Shown here: positions 56,990-64,000 of the stretch, piece after piece
How the letters are laid out: every line of letters begins with the position of its first letter
How positions within the stretch are numbered: the stretch's first letter is position 1
DNA from: the human T2T-CHM13v2.0 reference genome, Homo sapiens
Reading direction: 5' to 3'
Length of the DNA: 64,000 bases
NCBI GenBank assembly: GCA_009914755.4
Contig: CP086569.2
Span: 13,344,001-13,408,000, forward strand
The notes under the pieces: model-generated
Databases searched by the model: none
What the model was told of the DNA's origin: nothing
The model's input: only the letters and a program-made list of their open reading frames with translations
Program-made: the position numbers and the translations under genes

Positions 56990-57520
56990 TAGGGGTCTGG
57001 AATCAGACCCCAGGAGAGGGTTCTTGGATCTTGCACAAGAAAGAATTTGCAGTAAGTCCATAGAGTAAAGTGAAAGCAAGTTTATTAGGAAAGTAAAGGA
57101 ATAAAGAATGGCTGCTCCCTAGAATACAGCCACTGGTGGCCCATTTGTATGGTTCTTTCTTGAGGATATGCTAAACAAGGAGTGGCTTATTCATGCCTCC
57201 TCTTTTTAGACCATATAGGGTAACTTCTGATATTGCCATGGCATTTGTAACTGTCATGGGGCTGGTGGGAAGATACCAGTGAGGACCACCCGAGGTCACT
57301 CTCGTCGCCATCTTGGATTTGGTAAAATTTGGCCGACTTCTTTACGGCAAGCTGTTTCATCAGCAAGGTCTTTATGACTTGTGTCTTGTGTCAACCTCCT
57401 ATCTCATCCTGTGCCTTAGAATGCCTTGACCATCAGGGAATGCAGCCCAGCAGCTCTCGGCCTCATTTTACACAGACCCTACTCAAGCTGGAGTTGCTCT
57501 GGTTCAAACACCTCCCACTA
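56990..57520 (+). mobile_element. LTR-like interspersed repeat (unassigned; resembles a primate ERV LTR)
   Basis: gggtctggaatcagaccccaggagagggttcttggatcttgcacaagaaagaatttgcagtaagtccatagagtaaagtgaaagcaagtttattaggaaagtaaaggaataaagaatggctgctccc...agaccatatagggtaacttctgatattgccatggcatttgtaactgtcatggggctggtgggaag...tcgtcgccatcttggatttggtaaaatttggccgacttctttacggcaagctgtttcatcagcaaggtctttatgacttgtgtcttgtgtcaacctcctatctcatcctgtgccttagaatgcc matches a repeat consensus that I recognise but cannot name. Confidence 0.4.
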
Positions 57521-58065
57521 ACTCAACTTAGGTCCACCGGCCCTGTGCAGTAAAGCCGAACACTGCCATCAGGATTGCAGCGTGAGGAAGTGAGGCGTTT
57601 ATTCCAAGCTATTTAGAAGGCATCAAGCAACCTCCTTGATGCCTTAAGACCCAACCTCCTGGGTGGCCAGTAGGTGGGGGTTTTCAGTGGCAAGGAGGCA
57701 GAGGTTATAGGCAAAGCCATAATACATGCAGGCTATACATTGCTTTGATCTAAAAAGGCGGGATACCTGGAAGCAGGGGCTTAATGTGGATTCAAAGTTT
57801 CTCTGATTTGTCATTGGTTAAGGAGGCGAAGTTTGTCTGAGCATTTGGGGTCAGCAGAAATCAATGTTAGTTCTGGCCCATGGGTGTGACTTCCTCCAGC
57901 TCTCCACCCTCCATGTCTCTAGGAAGGAATTTACAGCAAATATTGGTAATGAGAATTCAGTTTCTCTTACCTGAGGTCTATAAGCCAGCAGATGGCATTT
58001 GTCATTTGGTGGGGGTCTGGGTTCCTGCAAATCAACTCAGGACCATATATTAAGATGTTATTTTG

Positions 58066-58362
<297 letters not shown>

Positions 58363-59489
58363 TTACAGGAAACTAAACATCTTGAGGCTCTAACTTCCTT
58401 GGCTATTGTTCTACACTACAATCACCTTGCTTATCAAGCCGCTCCATGTACTTCTCAAGGCCAGCCAGGTGCCTGGAATTTCCCTTGAAGGAACTCAAGA
58501 TTTTCCTTTATTTCCATGCTAGGGAGAGTGCCTGGCAAGCCCCTAAGAGGGGTGTTCTTGCTCCTCTCATTCTCTCCCAGGACGGCATGATTCACAGAGT
58601 AAAAAAAATTAAATCATATGACTAGGTTAGGACCGTAGGTTGCAACAGAAAGTGACAAGGAAGGCTGCTGCCCCAGTGGGGAATCTTATTCCCAGGGGGC
58701 TTGTTTGCCAAGGGCTGAATTCTACTTTAGCCCCATGGATAAGATGAAATCCATTCTGTTCTCTAATTGGTTAAGAAGTTTATATTTCCAGCAGGACAGG
58801 AAATCAAACACAGCTGGAGTCTCCTCCTCCACACCTCAACATGAATATCCAGGGACTCCCTAATGCTCAAGCTCACCGGGGCTGCAGACACCAGAGCTGA
58901 GCAGGCCGCCCTGGTGCATGATCTGCTCCTCGGAACCCATGAACCCTCCACGGTCTCAGCATCCAAGCAGCCCAGCCTCTCCCCAGAAGGTCAACCAACT
59001 GGCCCGTTCTTGACTTCCCAGTGACCATATTATGCAGTTGCAGATTGAAGCTCTATTACAGCAAACATTAGTAATGAGAATTCAGGCCTCAGTGTATGTC
59101 TGTAACACAACAGACAGGGTCTGCAGGGGTCGAAGTATTTTGTCATCAAAGAGGAAGGAATGATCATTCATCATAAAAGGCAAGACATCTTTGGTGCAAG
59201 GAAAACTCAAGAAAAATACCGCAGACCATGCAATGAGGCACTGGTCGATGGAGTGTTGTAAACCCGTCTTCCCAGAGTGGCATGCACATGGATCCCTCAG
59301 CACATGGGTGACACACAGACTATGCTTCAGCAGGTCTGTCTGGGCCCAAGACACATTGTTTCTCATCAGCTCCCAGGGGATGTCAAGGCTGCAGATCCAT
59401 GGATCTCACTTTGCAGGACAGAGACTTGGTAATGGCTTCCCAGAGTTGTTACAAAGAAATCCCAAAGACTGGGCCCCTTAAACAACAAC

Positions 59490-60683
59490 CTTGATTCTCA
59501 CAGTCCTTGAGGCTAGAAGTCTGAGATCAAGCTATGGCCAGGGCTGGTTCCTCCTGAGGCCTCTCTCCTTGGGTTGTAGATGCTGTCTTCTCCCTGTGTC
59601 CTCACAGGGTTGTCCCTCTGTGTGTGTCTGTGTCCTCATCTCCTCTTCTTATGAGGTGTCTTAGTCCATTTCAGGCTGCTGTCACAGCATGCCGTAGACT
59701 GGGTGGCTTATCAGCAACAGACATTGATTCTCCCACAGTCCTGGAAGCTGGACGTCTGAGATCAGGGTATGGGCAGGGCTGCTTCCTCCTGAGGCCTCTG
59801 TCCTGGGCTTGTAGATGCTGTCTTCTCCATGTGTCCCCATGTGGTCATCCCTCTGTGGGTGTGTCTGTTTCCTCATCTGCTCTTCTAATGAGATGTCTTA
59901 GTCCATTGCAGGCTGCTATCACAGAATACCATAGGCTGGGTGGCTTATAAACCACAGAGTTTTATTCTTCCACAGTCCTGGAGGCTGGAATTCTGAGATC
60001 AAGGCATGGGCAGAGCTGGTTCCTCCTGAGGCCTCTCTTCTTGACTTGTAGATGCCGTCTTCTCCCTGTCTTTACAGGGTCATCCCTCTGTGTGTGTCTG
60101 TGTCCTTATCTACTCTTTTTATAAGGACCCCAGTCCTATTGTATCAGGGCACAACCTCCTGAGCTCATTGTACCCTTCTCACCTCTTTAAAGACCCCATC
60201 ACCAAACACAGTCATGTTCTGAGGTCCTAGGGATTAGGCCTTCAGTATATAAATTTTGGAGGCACAGAATCCAGCCCTTACAGAAATAACTCACTCATTG
60301 GAATACAAATATGTTTGTCTGCTGGGGCTGCTGCCATAGCAAAGTCCCACAGACCAGCCTGCTTAAATAGTGGACATTGATTCTCCCACAGATCTGGAGG
60401 CTGGAAGTCTGAGATCAAGGTGTGGGCAGGGCTGGTTCCTCCTGAGAACTCTCTCCTTGGCTTGTGGATGCCATCTTCTCCCTGAGTCCTCACAGAGTCA
60501 TCCCTCTGTGCATGTCTGTGTCCTTATCTCTTCTTTATAAGGTCCACAGTCCTATTGGATCAAGGCCCAACCTAGTGACCTCATTTTACCTGAATCACCT
60601 CTTTAAAGATCCCATCTCCAAACCCAGTCAAAATTGGAACTTCCATTTATAAAATTGAGGAGGGTACAATTCGGCTCACAGCA
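59490..60683 (-). mobile_element. MaLR-like LTR copy (same family as 9195-10000 and 25678-26170) with four tandem unit copies (about 237, 236, 417 and 275 bp)
   Basis: Unit starts tgagatcaag.tatgg.cagggctg.ttcctcctgaggcctct.tcct.gg.ttgtagatgc.gtcttctcc at about 59522, 59758, 59994 and 60411. Units 3 and 4 extend into ttataaggaccccagtcctattgtatcagggcacaacc...ctttaaagaccccatcaccaaacacagtcatgttctgaggtcctagggattaggccttcag. Confidence 0.6.
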
Positions 60684-60831
60684 GATTTAAACCATGGGAC
60701 ACGGTCAACTACTACCGCTGGACAGCCTGGTTCAGTGGAGACAGCCAGGGTTTGGGAATCTGGAGAGAGAGTTTCATCTCAGCTACATCACAGGCCTGGC
60801 CCATGCCCTCAACAATACTCTTCCTTAATGA

Positions 60832-61144
<313 letters not shown>

Positions 61145-61321
61145 TCTTCCTTAAAGTTAATGTCAGTATCCTTTTCTTCATTGGCAAACTCAGGAGAACC
61201 ATGATTCTGCTGAACACACAGGGCTGCGGGGAGAGGTGGGTGAGATAGCTTAAGGAAAGAGATTTACAAAACTAGACGTTTTTCAGCATGGAGGAACTGT
61301 CATTAAATATATAGAAACCCT

Positions 61322-61633
<312 letters not shown>

Positions 61634-61655
<22 letters not shown>

Positions 61656-61659
61656 TATA
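61634..61659. repeat. (TA)n expansion within the 3' target-site duplication copy of the AluYb8
   Basis: atatatatatatatatatatatatat sits between the Alu poly-A and agaaaccc. Confidence 0.85.
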
Positions 61660-61997
61660 GAAACCCACCCAGCTGTTAAGTGATGATTCCGGAAGTCATG
61701 ACATTCCTGTGCCCTGAATGAAAAAGAAAGGCTTCTTGGGAAGATCTGTGGAGCGCCAGGTTTACACAAGAATTGTTCCATCCACCTTGTGACATCTGCC
61801 TCAATGCCTCTCAGATCCTAAAGAGTGTGAGACTCAGACCAGAATCCAGCCACGTGCAGATTCTAGATCAGCAGGTCTGTGTGGGGCTATAATTACGTTT
61901 TATTGTAATTAAAATAAAATAAGAAAATATTTTTTAGGAAAACATCAGGAGGCATCCATTTGGGTTTAAGGAAATTGTCTTAGGTTGAAAAGTACTT

Positions 61998-62535
61998 TCC
62001 TCCTTCCTTCCCTCCTTCCTTCCTCCCTCCTTCCTCTTTCTCTCTTGCCTTCCTTCCTTCCCTCCATCTTTCTTTCTTCTGCTTCTGCTTATTCCTCTTT
62101 CTCTTCCTCTTCTTCCTTATCCCATTCCTCTTCCACTTCCTCCTTCCTCCTCCCTCTCTTCCCTCTTCCTCCTCTTCCTCCCTGCCGCTCCTGCTGCTGC
62201 TTCTTCTTCCTCTCCTCCTCTCCCTCCTCCTCCTTCTTCTTATTCTTCCCCTTGTTCTTCTTACTCCTCCCCTCCTCCTCCCCTCCTCCTCCTGCTGCTG
62301 CTTCTTCTTCCTCTCCCCTTCCCCCTCCTTCTCCTCTTTCCTCCTCTTCCCCTTCTCCTCCCCTCCTCCTTCCCCCTCCTCCCCCCCTTCCCCCCCTTCC
62401 TCCTACTTCTTCGTCATCTTATTCCTCCTCCTCCTTCCCCTCCCCCTTCTCCTCCTCCTCCTCCTGTCCCTCTTCCTCCTCCCCCACCTCCTCCTCCTCC
62501 CCCACCTCCTCCTCCTCCTTTTCCTTCTCCTTCTG
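61998..62535 (+). repeat. Second approximately 540 bp polypyrimidine (TCC/CCT-rich) tract
   Basis: cctccttccttccctccttccttcctccctccttcctctttctctc...cctcctcctcctcccccacctcctcctcctccttttccttctccttctgac. ORF 61985-62536 is an artefact. Confidence 0.9.
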
Positions 62536-62615
62536 ACAAGGCCCCGCTCTATTGTCCTGGCTGCAGTGCAGTGGTGCAATCATAGCTCACTGCAGCCTTA
62601 ACTCCTGGGCCTCCC
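62536..62615 (-). mobile_element. Alu fragment
   Basis: aaggccccgctctattgtcctggctgcagtgcagtggtgcaatcatagctcactgcagccttaactcctgggcctcccaag. Confidence 0.7.
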
Positions 62616-62640
62616 AAGTAAGGAAAACAAACATGTTTTA

Positions 62641-62915
62641 GATAGATAGGTCAATAGATAGGTAGATGGGATAGATGATAGATGCATAGATAGATACATA
62701 CATACATACATACATACATACATACATACATACATAGATACATAGATTAGATACATAGATATTGAAGATAGATATTGGAGATAGACAAAGATAGATGAAC
62801 AGGTAGATAATAGAGAGATAGATAAACAGATAGATGGATAGATGATAAATAAATAGGTAGACTTTTGAGATAGATGAAAGACAGAGATATAGGTAGATAT
62901 GGAGTTAGATATAAA
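62641..62915. repeat. Compound (GATA)n / (CATA)n microsatellite
   Basis: gatagataggtcaatagataggtagatgggatagatgatagatgcatagatagatacatacatacatacatacatacatacatacatacatacatagatacatag... Confidence 0.9.
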
Positions 62916-64000
62916 TGTATCTTATTGGTTCTATTTCTTTGGAGAACCTTGACTCATATACATATTAACAAACATCAAGAAGAAGAAAATTCTAAAAATC
63001 ACCCCGCTCCCCTATCATGCAGAAAGCAGCATGTGCTGTTTTTTGGGAGATAGATTTGCAAACTTTTTTTTTAGTTTTTTCTACATAATTTTGCCACATA
63101 AAAATACGAACATTTTTGTGGATGAGATGACTCCTCTTGGGTTTTTAAACATCTGAAGCACTCCCAGAGGTTGGGATTCACAGACTACAGCAGAGTTTCC
63201 CAGCCTCAGCACCGTGGCTGGACACATCGCTCACAGGTTTAGGTGCCTCTGGCCCCTGATCCATCGGGGGAATCCCCAGGAGCTTAGCCATGTCTGGCAG
63301 AGCCCCACCTGCAGGCAGAACCCCACTTTTCTACCCCCTGTGTGCCAATGAGAAAGAGGAAAATGGCTGGAATGAGGGGGGCCCTCACAGGAAGGGTCAA
63401 TTGTTATCCAAGAAAGGGGAGACATTTCTTGGACTCCGTGCTTGTCTGGTAATTGGCTCCAATATTTGCCAGATGTCTTCACACTCAGGTGCCAAACAGC
63501 CATAGACTTTTTCTGCACAGCCCCTTCCTACTCCAACAAGGAAACTATGGAATGCTTAGCTTCTGGGTTATATGTGCCATGGCTCTATGCCCTATGGGAA
63601 AAAGATCCTACAAGTGCATTCTAAAAGATCCATTTAGAAATGCCCAGACAACTATACCGTGCCTCCTATACTGTACAGGACAACTATACCTCCAGACAAC
63701 TATACCTCCAGACAACTATACCTCCTACAGTGTACAGGAGCATGACATTTCCAATCTGTCCCCTTTCGCAGGGTTAGAAGTTACAACTAACAGCAGGTTC
63801 TCCGCTACAGTACTAATGACACTTGGGGCTGCATAACTCTCTGTCATGGGTGCTGTCCTGTGCACTGTAAGGTGTTGAACAACATGTCTTATCTCCACCC
63901 ACCAGATGCGAGAACACCCATCCCAGTGCAACTGCCAAAATTGTTTCCAGACATTGCCAAGTGTTACTTGAGGAACACAATTATCCCTGAGTAGCAGAAG

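Overview
This 64 kb window is primate genomic DNA, almost certainly human or hominoid. It carries a full-length SVA, an AluYb8-type Alu, HERV-K LTR5 and HERV-H LTR7, which together point to that lineage. About 60-65% of it is interspersed or tandem repeat. I could find no convincing protein-coding exon: every six-frame ORF above 100 aa falls in a VNTR, a polypyrimidine tract, a (CA)n or AT-rich low-complexity array, or a retroviral gene remnant. By eye I identify roughly 45 Alu copies (several nested), L1PA and L1M 3'-end fragments, one MADE1 mariner MITE, one complete SVA with target-site duplications, and a three-level nested insertion of Alu, then HERV-H LTR7, then HERV-K LTR5. There are also at least four LTR families in multiple copies, long simple-sequence and low-complexity blocks, and one non-repeat CpG-enriched island-like segment. 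The most unusual object is an approximately 8 kb minus-strand cluster (about 32.4-40.5 kb) of rearranged gammaretrovirus-like (ERV1-class) proviral remnants. It contains two different env genes, both with immunosuppressive-domain-like motifs, two different integrase C-termini, RT/RNaseH/IN fragments, a gag capsid fragment and at least three LTR-like segments. I read it as a chimeric, internally deleted provirus-in-provirus. Family names that I could not confirm from memory of consensus sequences are given as descriptions, not as names. All coordinates were read by eye and may be off by a few bases.
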